Shown here: one piece after another, positions 1 through 13,517 of the stretch
How positions within the stretch are numbered: position 1 is the stretch's first letter
How the letters are laid out: each line of letters starts with the position of its first letter
NCBI GenBank assembly: GCA_014905635.1
Contig: JABVCE010000037.1
Location: 186,001-250,000, forward strand
Source of the DNA: Scenedesmus sp. PABB004
Taxonomy: Eukaryota
Direction: 5' to 3'
DNA: 64,000 nucleotides
The notes under the pieces: model-generated
The model's database searches: none
Told to the model about the DNA's origin: nothing
The model's input: only the letters and a program-made list of their open reading frames with translations
Made by a program: the position numbers and the translations under genes

Positions 1-3000
1 GTGTGTGCGTGGGGGGGGGGGGTGCGTGTGGGCGTGGCGTGTGCGGCAGCGGAGGGCGTGTCTGTCAGCCGGGCCAGCGACATCGCGGCGGCACCGCGGC
101 GGCGTCACCGCGGCGGCGGCGCGCCTGGTGCAGCGAGCAGGCGGGCATGTCGGCGGCGCTGTAGTGCGGCTGCAGCAGCGCGCGCTCCCACTGGCTCGCG
201 TCGCCGCCGAAGAACGCGCGCATGAGCGCGCGGCTCAGGTCGGCGAGCGCGGGCAGGCGGGGAATCTCCAGCAGATAGCTGAAGGTCAGCGCGCGCCCCA
301 GGTTGGTCGGCAGCAGCGCGGGGTGGTCTGCGCGGCGGCGCGGCGGGCGTGGACGGCGGGCGGGCGGGCGCGTGGGGCGTGAGGCGTGAGGCGCGGGCGC
401 GGCGGGGCGCGGGCGCGAGGGGGGCGCCGCGCGGCGGCGCGCAGCGCGCGCCGCTCACACGCGCGGCTGGGCCCGAGCACCGCGACGAGCAGGCGGTGCC
501 ACCAGGGGAGGACCAGGATGAATGGCCAGAAGCTCGCCGGCACGCGCGCGTGCACGCCCGCGGGAGACATGAGCACGAGGCGGCGCACGTGGTGCGGCCG
601 CCCCGCCGCCGCGCGGAGCACGCAGTACATGAGCGCGCTCGCGCCGCCCAGGCTGTGCGCGACGACGCGCAGGTCGTACGGCTCGGTCGCGGCGCCCCAC
701 GCGGCACCGCCCGCGGCGCCGCCGCGCGCGCCCGGCGGCGCGCCCGGCGTGCTGCGGCTCGCGCCGGACGCGGACGGCGGGCGCGGCGGCAGCGCCGCGC
801 CGCCGCAGCTCGCACTGCCGCCGGGCGCGCGCGGCGGCGGCGGGTGCGCGGCGCCGGCGGGCGCGGCGGGCGCGCCCCAGTCCACGGGCGGCTCGCCGCC
901 AAAGCCGCCGCCGCAGCCGGACGCGCGCAGCGGCAGGCTGTGGCGCGAGATGCCGAGCACCGCCTGGCTGCTGCGGCTGCGCCGCATGCCGCTGCCGCTG
1001 CCGCAGCTGCCGCCGCTGCTGCTGCGGCTGACGGCGCCGCTGCCGAGCGCCGTCAGCGGCGGCGCGTGCGCCGCCGCGTCTGCGCCGGCCGGCTGCTGCG
1101 CGCCCCCCAGGAATGGGCTCCCGCGCCCTGCTCCTGCGGGCTGCTGCTGCTGTTGCTGCTGCCGCGCGGCCCCGCCGCTGCCGCCCACGGCAGCCGCCGC
1201 CGCGCCCGCAGCGAGCGCGCCCGCAGCGACCGCGCCGGCGGCCAGCGCCGCCGCCGCCGCCGCCGCTGCGCCGCCCGGCTCGTCGGCCGCGTCGGCCGCG
1301 TCCGCCGACTCGCCCAGGCGCAGCGGGCTCTCGACCACCTCTGGTGTGGAGGGCTCCCGCACCTCAGGGATCAGCACCTCCAGCCCCTCGCCCGCGGTGG
1401 GGCCGGCGAGCGCCGCCTCCGTGCCGGCCGCGGGCTGGCGCGGAGGGCCGGCCAGCGGCGACGCGGGGTCGCCGCCGGCGCCGCCGGCGGCGGCGCCGGC
1501 GGCGCCCCAGCCCCGCGGCGCGCTGGGCTTGCCGAGCGCCAGCTGCTCCAGTTGCAGCGGCGGCGGCGCCGCCAGCTCGGCCGGGGCCGGCGCCTGCTGC
1601 TGCGCCTGCTGCTGCGCCTGCTGCTGCGCCTGCTTGCGCCGGCCGCCGACGCCACGGAAGAAGCGCTTCACTGCAGCAAGGCCGCCCCGGCGCCGTGCGG
1701 CGCGGCCGTCGCCGCCCGAGTCCGTGCCGCCGGACGACCCCGCCGAGCCGGCGCGGCCGTACGCCGCGACCGCGGCGTCGATCGCGGCCGCGGCCATGCC
1801 GTCGAGGCGGGAGTCGCTCATGCTCCGCACCAGCGCCCGGTCGCGCCGCAGCCGCCCGCCGAGGCCGGGCACGAGGCCGCCGCGCGGCGGCGGCGCGTCC
1901 GCCGGCCCGGCGGCGCCGGCGCCCGCCGCGGGCCGGGCGCCCAACCCGGTCGCCGACTCGCCCGAGTGCGCGTGCGCCGCGAGCCACGGCGCGCGCGCCG
2001 CCGCGTCTGCGCCGGCGCCGCCCGCCGCGTCTGTGCCGCCCGTCGCCGCGGCGGGGCCGAGCCCCGCCGCGAGCTCGCTGCCGCCGCACTCGCGCGTCTT
2101 GACCATGTGCAGGTGGTCCAGCTGCGCGGGCAGGTCCTGCATGCCGAGCTCGTTGATGCTAAAGCTAAAGTATGCCAGGCCCTGCTTGCTGGGGTCTGGC
2201 GGTGCGCGGGGGCAGTCGTGACCGGTGGCGGCGGACGAGGGCAGCGGCAGACGCGGGCGGCGGGGTCGGCGGCGGGGTGCGCACGTGCGCGGCGTGCCTG
2301 CGCGGCGCGGGTGCGCGGCGCGGCGCGCGCACCCGTCGCGATGCGCGGCGGGTTGCTGCGGCTGCTGCCGAGCCAGACGTCGAAGCCCTGGTCCCACGCC
2401 GCAAACGCCTGGCTGCCGGTCACGCCGCTGGAGACCCAGGTGAGCGGCGTGTCGAGGATGCCATGCAGGAAGAAGGCGACGCGCGCGCAGCCGGGGCGGG
2501 GGATGCGCTCGAGCTGCAGCACGTAGCCGTCGGCCGTGGTCACGCTGTGCAGCTCCAGCGGGTAGCCTGCGGGGCGCCGCGGCGCCGGCGGGGCAGGGCG
2601 GCGGGGCAGGGTTTGGGGGCCGCGCCAGGCCCCGCCTGCAACCCCAGGACCACGCCCGCCGGGCAGGGGCGCGGGCGGGGCGAGGGCGGCGGCGGGGCGG
2701 GGCGCGGCGCGCACCCGCTTTGATGATCATCTGCGCCGCGGGGCTGAGCTGCTCCTCGCCCTCAAACAGCAGCTCCCCGCCGCCGCCCGCGTCGCCGGGC
2801 GCGGCGCCGCCCGCCGGCGCGCCGCCGTCGTCGTGGTTCCAGCGCCCCACGCTGCGCACGCGGCGCAGCGTGAGGCGCGGCAGCGCGGACGAGCCGCGCG
2901 CCGTGCCCAGGCGCAGCTCCGCCTGCAGCGCAGGGGCGGGCGGCGGCGTGAGGGGGCGCGCACGCGCGCGTGCGCGCACAGCCGCTGCGCGCCACGCTGC

Positions 3001-5066
3001 GCTCGCCGCGTTGCCTCGTGGCGCGCGCGCACCATGTCAGCGCCCACGCTCTTGCTGCGCTGCAGCGGGCGCCGCCCGGGCCGCGCGCCGCCCGCGCTGC
3101 CGCCGCCGGCGCGCGCGCCGCCGCCGCCAGCGCCGCCGGCGCCGTCGTCGTCGCCGTCGCTGCTGGCGCTGCTGCTGTCCTCGCCGGACGAGACAAAGCT
3201 GCCGGCTGTCACGCCCGGCGACAGCACCGCTGCGTCGCGCGCCTGCGCCGCCGCCGCGCGGCTCGCGGCCTTGGCGACCGCGGCCGTGGGCGACCCGGGG
3301 CGGGCCTGCCGCCGCCGGCGCCACCAGCGCCGCCGCGCCGCCTCGTCGTCCCCGTCCCCGCCGCCGCCAGCGGCATCCGCGTCCGCGTCGGCGGCCAGGC
3401 GGCGCTGCTGCCGCGCCGCCGCCGCGGCGGCGGGGCGCTGGCGCTGGTGCGGGCGCGTGAGCGTGAGCGCGCGCACTAGCCAGCGCATGGCCTCGAACGC
3501 CGCGGTCACGCACAGCTCGCCGGCGAGGCACAGCTCCTGCGCGCGGCGCGGCGGCGGCGCGCTCAGCAGGGCGGGGCCCGCGGCGCTGCCGAGCGCGCGC
3601 GCGCGGGCGGGCGGGCGGGCAAGCGCGCGCAGCGCCGCGGCCGCGCAGGCACCTCGAGCAGGCCGCGGCGCTTGCTGCCCTCGTGCACGCCGTAGCCGCT
3701 GGGCTGGTCGAACACGATGCTGCGCCGCAGCGCAGCGCCCGCGCCGCGGCCCCGCGCGCCGCCGCGGCCGCCGCCCGCGCCCGGCGGCGCCGGCCCGCTG
3801 CCGTCGCTGCTGGTGTTCGGGCTCGGCCCCGGCGTGCCGGCGGGCGAGGCCCAGGGGCTGACCGCGCCCCACGTCAGGCGCAGCGGCAGCAGCGGCAGCA
3901 GGCACGCGCTGCCTGCCAGGCCGACCGCCCACGCCACGAGGCGCTGCGCCGCGCCGGGCGCGGCCGGTGCGCCGTGCACCGCCGCGCCGCCGCCGCCGCC
4001 GCGGCCGCCGTCGCCGCCGCGGCCGCCGTCGCCGCCGCGGCCGCCGCGGCCGCCGCCGCCGCTCACGGCGCTGCTGCTGCCGGCGCCGCCGCCCTGCAGC
4101 AGGCCTGCCATCGCGCTGAACGACGGCAGCGCCTGCAGCAGCGGGTTGGTGCTGCCGCCCGTCGCCGCGGCGCCCACGGTCGCGCTCGCGCGCGCCGTGC
4201 CCAGGAAGTCGAGCTCAATGCCCCACACCAGCCGCGCCAGCCAGCTGCCCCGCTGCCCACCGCCGCCCGACGGGGACGGCGGCGGCGCGTGCTGCGTCTG
4301 CTGCGGCTGCGGCTGCACATCGAGCGGCGCGGCGCCGCCCCTGCTGCTGGCGCCGGCGCCGCCGCCGTCCAGCAGCTGCTGGGACGGCCCCTCGCTCCAG
4401 CTGATGTGCGGCCGGTGCCCGCCCCCGGCGCGGGCGGCGCCGCCGCCGGCGTCGCTCGAGCTGCGGCGCCGCAGGCCGGAGCGCGGCGCTGCGGCCGCGG
4501 GCGGGCGCGGGCGCGGGTGTGGGCGCGGGTGTGGGCACGGGTGTGGGCGCGCGCACGGCGCGGCGCGCCGCCGGCCGCCGGGCGCGCGCACCTGCGCGTG
4601 GCGGCGGCGGGCACTGCGCCGCGAGCACCGCGTTGAGCGTCGACGTGCGCTCCTCGCGCCACCAGCTGTGCCAGGCCTCCTGCTGCTGCCACGTCGCGCG
4701 CAGCGAGGCGCGGTAGTTGGCGTCGCCGAGCGCGAGCGCCCACGCGCACGCGCCGTTGATCAGCCGCGTCGCCGAGACGAAGAACTCCCGGACGAACAGC
4801 TTCAGGCTCTCCTCCCAGGCGGACAGGAAGCCCTCGTCCAGCCAGTCCACGAGCGGGCCGACGCTGTGTGCAGCGGTGCGGAGGCAGCGGCGGCGGCGGT
4901 GGCGGCGGCGGCGGCGGCGCGCGCGGTGTGAGGGCCCGCCCGCCTGCCGCCCGCGCCCCCGAGCCCCGCAATCCGCCGCTCACGTGCGGGCGTGGAGGCC
5001 CTCCGCCGCGGCGAGCAGCAGGCCGAGCAGCAGGGCAAGGGCCTGCCGGGCCGTGCCGCCCCACAT
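1..5066 (-). CDS. Multi-exon alpha/beta-hydrolase lipase (gastric/lysosomal acid lipase-like, Abhydro_lipase family); 3' end lies beyond the window
   Basis: ATG at 5066 gives MWGGTARQALALLLGLLLAAAEG, followed by a gtgag donor. Exons encode GYPLELHSVTTADGYVLQLERIPR, FFLHGILD, AFAAWDQGFDVWLG, YFSFSINELGMQDLPA and the nucleophile elbow AHSLGG (~640-660). Confidence 0.88.
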
Positions 5067-5554
5067 GGCGCCCGCGCGACGCCCTTCACTCCCGCATGAC
5101 GCCTCCGGTCACCGCCCGGGCAGCAGCGGGCGCGATGATGGGGCGGCGCGAAGGTGTGCGCGGCCGCCCCGACTAGCTAGCAGCTAGCGCAGGCGAATCG
5201 CGGTGCGGACGCTGCTGGTCACGGTGTGGCGGTCAGCCGAGAAGCGAATGGCGGCTGGCGAGCTGCGCAGCCCTGCGCGGCCGCCGGCGGCGGTTGCGTT
5301 TGACAACGCCGTGATCGGCGTCGCAGCGGCAAGGTCACGCGCTGCGCGAGTGGAGTGGAGTTGCAATTGCCAGGACCGAGCGCGGGACGATCACAGCCAG
5401 CCGCCCCTCAGCCGCCGGCAACTTTGCGTGCTCCCGCGCCCGCCTCGGTCGCCGCCGCCTTGCGCCGGCCCTCGCGATCCATCTCGCGCCGGCGCTCCAG
5501 GCTGGCGTGGCAGCTGCGCTTGCCGTCCTCAAAGCACTCTGATCGCGTAATCGC

Positions 5555-8500
5555 TCACCCGCCGGCGGTCGACCCCGCGTCCGAGCCGCCGCCCTCCTCG
5601 TCGCCCCCGCCCGCGCCCGACGCCGACACGCTGCCGGCGCCGCTGCCGGCGTCGCTGCCGGCGAGGGCCAGGGCCGCCGCCGCCGCCGGGGCCTCGCTGT
5701 CGCCGCCGCCCTCCTCCCCGCGGCCGCGGCAAAGGCGAGCGGCGTGCCGCGCTCCGCGCCGTCGCGCTGCCACGGCGCGGCGGGCTGCGCGGTGAACCAG
5801 GCGTCGTGGCCGCCGGGCGGCAGCCCCACGGGCGTGCCCCAGCTGACGGCGGTGCCGGTGCTCGCCGCGCGGCCCGCGCTGCCGCCGGCGCTGGCAGCGC
5901 TGCCGGCGCCGCCGCTCTCGCTCGCGGCGGCGCCGCTGTCGGCGCGGCCGGGCGCGGGGCTGCCGGGCACGGGCGGCGGCAGGAACGCCTCGCCGACGCT
6001 GCTGCCGCCCGCAAACGCGGGCGGCGCGCCCCGCCCGCCGCGCGACGCGGCGGCGGGGGGCTCCGGCAGCTGGCTCAGGTCCAGGCGCGGCACGCCGACG
6101 AGCGCGCGCACCGCCGCAGGGCGCGCGGGCGAGCGCGCGGCGCCGCCCCAGGGCAGCGGCGAGCCGCCCGCGGGCGAGGGCGCGCCGCTCGCGCCCGCGC
6201 TGCTGCCGGGGCTGCCGCCGTCGCCGGCGCCGCCGCCGCGGGGCGGCGCGGGGGGCGTGAGCCCGACGGGCGACATCTCAAACATCAGCCCCGCGCTCGC
6301 GGCGCTGCCGGGCGCGGCAGGGCTGGCGGCGCCGCCGCCCGCGGCGCCGGCGGGCGTGGACGGCGCGGCGCTGCCGGCGGGCGAGCCCCGCGCCGGCGGC
6401 GACGCGGCGCCGTCCGTGCCGGGGCCGGGCGCCGGGGCCGGGCGCGTCCAGAAGTGCGGCGTAGGCGGCGTGTCGGCGTCGAGGCCGGCGCCACCCTCCG
6501 GCTGCAGCGCCTCCAGGTCCACGCCGCCGGGGCGGCCGCCGGCCGCGGCGACGCCCGCCATCAAGGCGTGACCCGACGCCGCCGCTGCGGCCGCCGCCCC
6601 GGGGCCGCCAGGCGCCGCCACGCCGTTGCTGCTGCGGAGCGACGACGCGCCCTCCGCAAAGCTCGCCGGCGCGGCGTCGCCGTCCGAGCCCGGCTCCTGC
6701 CCCGCCTCGCCGGCGCCGCTCGGGCCCTCCGTCAGCCCGTCCGCGAGCATCGAGCCCCCGCCCGCCGCGGTGCGCGGCGCGGTGCGCTCCGGAAGGCAGG
6801 TGAAGAACGCGCCGCTGCCGTCCTCGCCGCCGTCGTCGCCGCCGTCGGCCTCACCGCCGTCGGCCTCGCCGCCGTCGTCGTCGTCGCCGTCGGAGTCGTC
6901 GTCGGCGCCCGAGCCGCTGCCGGGCTCGCCGTCGCCGCCGTGCTGCTGCAGCGCCGCCGCCGCGGCCTCGATGACGCCGGCAAGCTGCTCGCTGTCGCCG
7001 TACAGCAGCGCCGCGTCAGCCATGCGCCCCAGCACCTCCAGCGCGGCGGGCCCGGGCACCGCCGCGGCGCCCGGGGACCCGGGCTCGCCGCCGGCGCCCA
7101 TGCCGGCCGGCCAGTGCGCGCCGGCCGCCGCGGTCAGGCTGTGCGCGGGCGTCGACGCGGGCGTGCGGGGCAGCGGCGCGCTGCCGCCGCGCGTGGGGCT
7201 GCGCGCCGCGCGCGGCACGGAGCGCGCACCGCTGGCGCCGCTGCCGGGCGCCGCGCCGCTGGTGCTCGAGGCCGGCGACGCCGCGGGCTGCTTCCCCGGC
7301 GCGCCCGACTGCGCCTCCTCGCCGTCCTCGCTGTCGCCCGCCGCCGCGAGCTGGCTGAAGTCGATGCGCCGCCCCCGCGGCGGCGAGCTGGCCGACGGCG
7401 ACGGCGCCGCCGCGGCCGCGGCGTCGGCGGGGCCGGCCGCCGCCGAGCCGGTCGCGGCAGAGTCCGGCGCCGCCGGCTGCGCGCGGGCGCCGCCGCTGGC
7501 CTGCGACGCGGCCGCGCTGCGCGAGCGCGCCTCGTCGCCGCTGCTGCCGGGCTGCGAGCCGCTCCCGCTCGCGCTGGCGCTGCCCTTGGCGTCGATGCCG
7601 AGGCTGGCCAGCAGCGCCGCGTCGGCGGGGCAGAGCGCCAGCGTGGCGCGCGAGCCGGCGGAGCTCTCGACCAGCGGCGCGGCCAGGCGCTGCGCGGCGG
7701 CAGCGAGCGCCGCCTCGGCCGCCTCCACGTCTGCGGGCGGGCGCGGCGGCGCCGCGGGTCGGCGCCCGCACGGCGCACGCAGGGCGCGGCCGCCGCCGTG
7801 AGGCCGCGGGGCGCCGCCAGCGCGGCGCGCACCCTTTTCCGCCTGCGCCGCGGCCGCGCTCGGCCCGGGGCGGTCGCGGCCGAGCTGCGCCGACAGGGCG
7901 GCGAGGTCTGCCACAGCGCGCGCGAGCGCGGCGCGCACGCCCACGACGCCGCGCAGCCCCGCGGCGACGTCCCCGCGCAGCGAGGCCAGCTGGTTTTGGA
8001 GGCCCTCGTGCTGCGAGCTGCGCGCGTGCGCGCGGCGCGCGCAGCGGTGTGGGGTCGTCGCCGGCGTGCGCACGCCACCGGCGCCGCCCCGCGCCGCCGC
8101 CGCGCTTGGCGCACCGCGCAAGGCTAGCATCGGCTGTGCTCAGCGCGGCCAGCTTCTGCGCCTCTGCCGCGCCGTGCCGGCTCTCGTCCAGCTGGCCGTG
8201 CAGCCCCTGCGCGCACACGGGCAGCCGGGCAGCAGGGCGTCGCGCGCGGGCTGCGGCGGCAGCGGCGGCGGCGGCGGCGGTCGCAGCGGCGGCGCGCGGG
8301 GGTGCGAGCGCACCTGCAGCAGACCGCGCAGCTGCTCCGCATCCTCCTGCATCTGATCCAGCTCCGCCGCTTGGCGGTCGTAGTCGGCCTGCGGCGGCGC
8401 GGCCAGGGGCCGCACGAAGGGACCGGCGAGTGAGCGCGCGGCGCCAGGAGCTGCGCGGGCGGGGCGGCGCTCAGATCCGCCGCCGCTGCGGCGCGCACGC

Positions 8501-10924
8501 GCCTGCAGCGCCGCGAGGCTGCGCTGCGCCTCGCCCAGGAGTGCCGCCTGCTCCTGGCTCGCAGCGGCCTGCTGGCGGAGCTCCAGCAGCCGCGCAGCCG
8601 CGTCGCCGGCGTCGCGCTCGGCTGCCTCCGCCCTGCGCCGGCGCGCGGCCGGCGCGGCGGGCAGGTCGGGCCCGGCGCGGCGCGCGGCGCGGGGCGCCTC
8701 GACGCCAGGCGGGCCGCCCGGGGCGAGAGCCGCCGCGCGCCGCCAACGCACCGCTCCTGCGCCAGGGCCAGATCGCCCTGCGCCGCCGCCAGGTCGCCGC
8801 GCAGGGACGCCACCAGCTCTGCGAGCTCGCCGGCGCGCTCCTAGGCGGGGCGGCGTAGCGGGTCAGGGCGTCCACAGCAGGTGCGCGTTCGCTCGCGGGC
8901 GCGTGCGTGCGTGTCACCGCCGCCCGCGCGCGACCGCGCCGCGCGCGCACCTGCAGCGCGCTCTCGCCCTCCTGCGCCTCCACCGCCGCGAGGCGCTTGC
9001 CCGCCGCGGCGAGGCCGTCCCCCTTGGCCTTGAGCGCGGCGGCGAGGCCGGCGTGCTGCTGCGCGCGCTCGGACGCCTCCACGGCCTCGAGCCGCTCCCG
9101 CGCCGCGGCCAGCGCCTCGCGCGCCTCCGCCAGCTGCGCCTCCAGCTCGGGCACGCGCGCGTCGGCCGGCGCGCCCGCGGCCGTGCCCGCCGCCTCGCCG
9201 CCCGCGCGCTGCTCCAGCGCCTGCGTCAGCGCCGCAAGGTCGCCCTCCAGCTCAGACAGCGCCGCGGCGGCCGACGCCTGCTGTGCCAGCGGCACCGCCA
9301 ACTGCTCCAGCTGCGCCGTGAGTGGCGCGAGCTCCTGCAGCGCCGCCAGCGCGCCGCGCGCCTGCGCGGCGCTGCTGTCCGCCTCGGCGCGGGCGGCCGC
9401 GAGCTGCGCCTGCGCCTCCCGCGCCTGCGCGGCGCTGCCGTCCGCCTCGGCGCGGGCGGCCGCGAGCTGCGCCTGCGCCTCCCGCGCCTGCGCGGCGCTG
9501 CCGTCCGCCTCGGTGCGGGCGGCCGCGAGCTGCGCCTGCGCCTCCCGCGCCTGCGCGGCGCTGCCGTCCGCCTCGGCGCGGGCTGCCGCGAGCTGCCCCT
9601 CGAGCTCCTGCTCCGCCGCGCCGCGGGCAGCGAGCTGGGCCCGCAGCTGCTCCAGCGCCTGCTCCGCCGCTGCGCGCCCCGTCTCCGCCTCCTGCATGGC
9701 GGCGGCGGCGGCGCGGTCGGCGTGCAGCGGCCCCGGCCCGTGCGCCCGCGCTTGCGCGTGGCGGCGGCGCCCCGCCCGCGCCCGCAGCTCACCGCCGCCG
9801 CCGCCTGCGCGCCGCCCAGCTGCACCTCCAGCGCCGCCGTCGCCGCCTCGGCCGCGCCGGCGCGCCCCGCCGCGGCCTCGGCGCCGGCGCGCGCCTCCGC
9901 CAGCTCCGCCCGCACGCCCTGCAGCTCCGCCTGCGCGGCCGCGGCCGCCAGCTGCGCCGCCTTCTCGGCAGCGGCCGCAGCCTCGGCGGCAGCCTGCCGC
10001 TCAACCGCCGCCGCCGCCTGCGCCGCCTCTGTCGCGGCCTGCGCCGTGGCTGTGGCCGCCCGCGCCTCGCCCAGCTGCGCATCGCGGTCCTGCAGGCTGG
10101 CCGTCGCCTCCGCGAGCCCCGCCCTGCGCGGGCGGCGGCGGCCGCGTCGTCGGCGGTGGCGTTCGGCGCCCCTGGCGCTCGCCCGGCGCCGCCGCCGGCG
10201 CGCGGGCGCGCGCGCGCGCGCACCTGGCGCGCGGCAGCTCCTCGAGCAGGCCGCTCAGCTGCGCCACGCGCGCCTCGAGCTCCTGCGTGCGCACGAGCTG
10301 CTGCAGATACTTGACGTGCTCCTCGTCCCGCTCCTGCGGCGGCGGCAACGGCAACGGCGGGGGCGCGCGTGGCGTCGGCGCGCGTGGCGCGGGCGCGCGT
10401 GGCGCGGGCGCGCGTGGCGCGGGCGCGCCGCCGCGCGGCGCGGCGGGACGGGACGGGCGGCCGGCGCCGCGGCGGCGGCGGCGGCGGCCGCGCGGCCCGC
10501 ACCCGCTCCGCGGCCGCCCGGCCGTCGCGCAGGTCGACCACGTCCGCGGCGGCGGCGCGCAGCTCCGCGATTGCCCGGCCGTCGGCGTCGTGGCGCGCGT
10601 GCAGGCGCTTGATCTCCTGGACGAGCTTGTCGGTGTCGGAGCGGTTGAGCGCGAGCCGGCCCCTGCGCGCGCGGGCGAGGCCAGGGCGCGTCAGCGGCAG
10701 CGGCAGCGCCGCCGCGAGCGGCGCCTGTGGCGGCTGGATCACGCACGCCGCGCGCGCGAGCTGCGCAGGGTCCAACGCCCGGCAGGCGATCCGGGTGGCC
10801 GCGGCGCCCGCCGGCGCCGCCTGGGGTCGAGGGCGCGCGCCGCTGCCGCCGCCGCTCCGCGCGCGCACTTGGTGTCCTTCAGCTCCTTCTGCGCCGCCCG
10901 GAGCGAGTTCCGCAGCTCCTCCAT
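5555..10924 (-). CDS. Multi-exon coiled-coil protein with a long low-complexity C-terminus; function unknown
   Basis: MEELRNSLRAAQKELKDTK from ATG 10924. Heptad-rich exons (LALNRSDTDKLVQEIKRL, ERDEEHVKYLQQLVRTQELEARV, ADYDRQAAELDQMQEDAEQLRGLLQ) are bounded by GT/GC-AG sites. The 3' end is approximate. Confidence 0.65.
9357..9597. repeat. 63-bp coding tandem repeat, ~4 copies (QLAAARAEADGSAAQAREAQA)
   Basis: Near-identical units with period 63 are visible in the DNA and in ORF 8471..9697. Confidence 0.9.
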
Positions 10925-11229
10925 GCTCTGAGGGGTCTTCAGGCCGAGCGCCTCGGTGTGTTCAGGCCGCTGCGCGGCAGCAGCGGGGCCGCGCAATTCT
11001 TCTCGCGGCCCGATCTGCCTCCCGGCGCCGCGGGGCGCCCGCCATCCGCTCACCTGATCGGAGGCGTCCCGGGCGTCCCGGGAGTCGCCTCGCATGGAGC
11101 GCAGCGGCCCCCACATCTCGCCGGCCGCAGCTGCCGGGCGCTGCTGCCGCACGTGCGCCGCCCGCTGCCTCCGCCACGGCCGCCGCCACTGCCGCCGCCA
11201 CTGACACCGCCCTGCTGCTGGCGCTGCAG

Positions 11230-12283
11230 CATTAGCGGCGGGCCCAGGTTTCAAAAACGCGGCCGGGGTTTGGCCCAAGCCCCACCGCGCGCGGCGCCCT
11301 CCGTCCGGCCGCGCCCTTTCACGCCGCCGGCCGCCGGGCCGGCCGGGTGGGGGAGCCGGCGCCGGGCGACCGCGCGCCCGCCCCCCGCCCGCCCGCCCCC
11401 ACCGCCCAGCCGCCGCGAGCGCCGCCCGCGTGCTGGGCGCCCAGCACGGTGAGCGCCGCCGCGCCGCCGCCGGGCGCCGCCGCGTGCACGCGCGCAGGCC
11501 CGTGCTCGTGTATCGCGCAGTCGGCGAGCGCCAGCTGGGGTGGCGGGCTGGCCGCCCGCTGCCGGCCGGGCGAGCGGCAGCGGCTCCGGCCGCACGGTGG
11601 CGACGGCTGGTCGCCGGCGGCGCCGGGCGAGCCGCTGCGCGAGGGCGGGCTGAGGGTGAACCGCGGCAGCTGCGGGCGGCAGTGGTGGCGGCGTCGGCGC
11701 CGGCGCGCGGCACACAGCGCTGGGCGGCGCACCGGCGCGAGCGGCGCCGCCGGCCCCGGCGCACCTGCTGCAGCTCCGCCGTGCGCAGCTTCTCGTGCAG
11801 CCGGCACGTCAGCGTCTGCCTCGAGCCCACGAGGGCCTCGGGCCCAGCAGCGGGGTCTGCCGTCAACGGCGCAGCAGGCGCAGGCACGCCGCCCGCGCGC
11901 CGCGCGCCCGCGCCCGCGGTCGGGCTGGCGCGCCCGCTCCCGCCCGCGGGCCAGGGCGCAGCTGCCACCGCGGCCGCGTCGGCGCGGCCCGCCAGCCGCC
12001 GGCGGGCCGACTGCCGCAGCACCTCCGCTGCGCGCGCAGACGGGGCGGCGCCGACGGGGCGTGCGTCGCCGCACGCGCGGGGGCGGCGCCGCCGCGCGCA
12101 GCCCGCTCTTGGTGTTGCCCGTCCTGCTCACCGAGCGCCGCGTGCTCGTCCGCGTCCAGCGCCTCGCCCACCTGCGCCAGCAGCTCGCCGCAGGGCCCGC
12201 TGCCGCCATGCAGCGACTTGACCCGGTCCAGCGCGCGCAGCAGCCCCCGCGGCACGCCCGTCTGCTGCGCCAGCCGCCCGGCC

Positions 12284-12329
<46 letters not shown>

Positions 12330-12672
12330 TCGCCTCGGACGAGCTGCTGCCGGTGGTGCTGACGCTGCTGCGCTGCGCGCGCGCCTCCTCGTCCGCGGCT
12401 GCGGCAGGCGGGCAGGGGAGGCGGCACTAGTCGCTGAGGGCTCGCCGCCCCGGGGCTGCGCCGCCGCGCGCCCCGCGCGCGCGCCCACCCCGGTGCGCCG
12501 CCTCGTCCGCCGCTTTGCGGCCGGCCTCCTCGGCAATCGCGACCACCTGTCGCCGCCGCCGCCGCCGCGCGGGCCGCGCAGGTGAGACCCCCCCCCCCCC
12601 CCCCCCCCCCGCGGCTCAAGGCCCCCAGATGCGCGGGTCAGGGCCCCCGCTGCGGGGCCCGCCGCGCAGCTC

Positions 12673-12707
<35 letters not shown>

Positions 12708-12892
12708 GCCGCCGCCGCGCCTGCGTGGTCGCGTCCCTGTCGCCGGCGATGAGGGCCGCCATGAGCCGCTTGCGCCGGTACGCCGTGGCCAGCAGCGCAA
12801 ACGGGACCTGCCCGCCGCCGGCGGCGCCGCCGCTCCCGGGCTCGGCCGCCGCGGCCGCCTTGCGCTCCGCGAGCTTTGCGAGCGTGCTGCGC

Positions 12893-12924
<32 letters not shown>

Positions 12925-13517
12925 CACTGCATGCCCCGCCGTGTGATGGGACGCGTCGCACCCCCGGTCACGCCCCCTGCGCGGCTGTGTGGCTGACGTG
13001 GCCATATGGGTCGCCGCCCTCATGAGGTGATCACCTGGTCATGATTTGAATGAACTCCAGGAACTCCACCTGGCCGCTGCCGTCGGCGTCCACCTCGGCC
13101 AGCAGCGCCTCCGCCTCCGCCTTGCGCACGCGCAGGCCCAGCAGCTGCCGGCGTTGCGCAACGCCCGCATGCAGGCGCGGAGCGGCGCGGCAGCAGGCGT
13201 CGGCGCGCGCGCGGCCGGCAGCCAGCACGCGCAGCGCACAGCCAGCATGCGCGCGGGGGCGGGGCCCATCGGCGGCGGACCTGGAACGCGGCGCCGAGCT
13301 CGTCCGCGTCGATCGCGCCCGAGCCGTCGGCGTCCATGAGCTCGAAGCACTCCTGCAGCTGCTGCTTCTGCTCCGCGCTGAGCCGCGGGCGCAGCGACTT
13401 GCCGCGCTTGCGCAGCCACGCCGCGACGTGCACCGCCGTCAGCGCGTCGTGCTCGCTGAGCGTCTTGGCGAGGCTGGGCGCGACCGCGCCCGCGGCGCCG
13501 CCGGCGCTGCGTGCCAT
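11230..13517 (-). CDS. EF-hand (calmodulin/centrin-like) protein with a C-terminal extension
   Basis: ATG 13517. LSAEQKQQLQECFELMDADGSGAIDADELGAAFQ spliced to LLGLRVRKAEAEALLAEVDADGSGQVEFLEFIQIMT gives two canonical EF loops. Later exons include VPFALLATAYRRKRLMAALI. The 3' end is uncertain. Confidence 0.75.
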
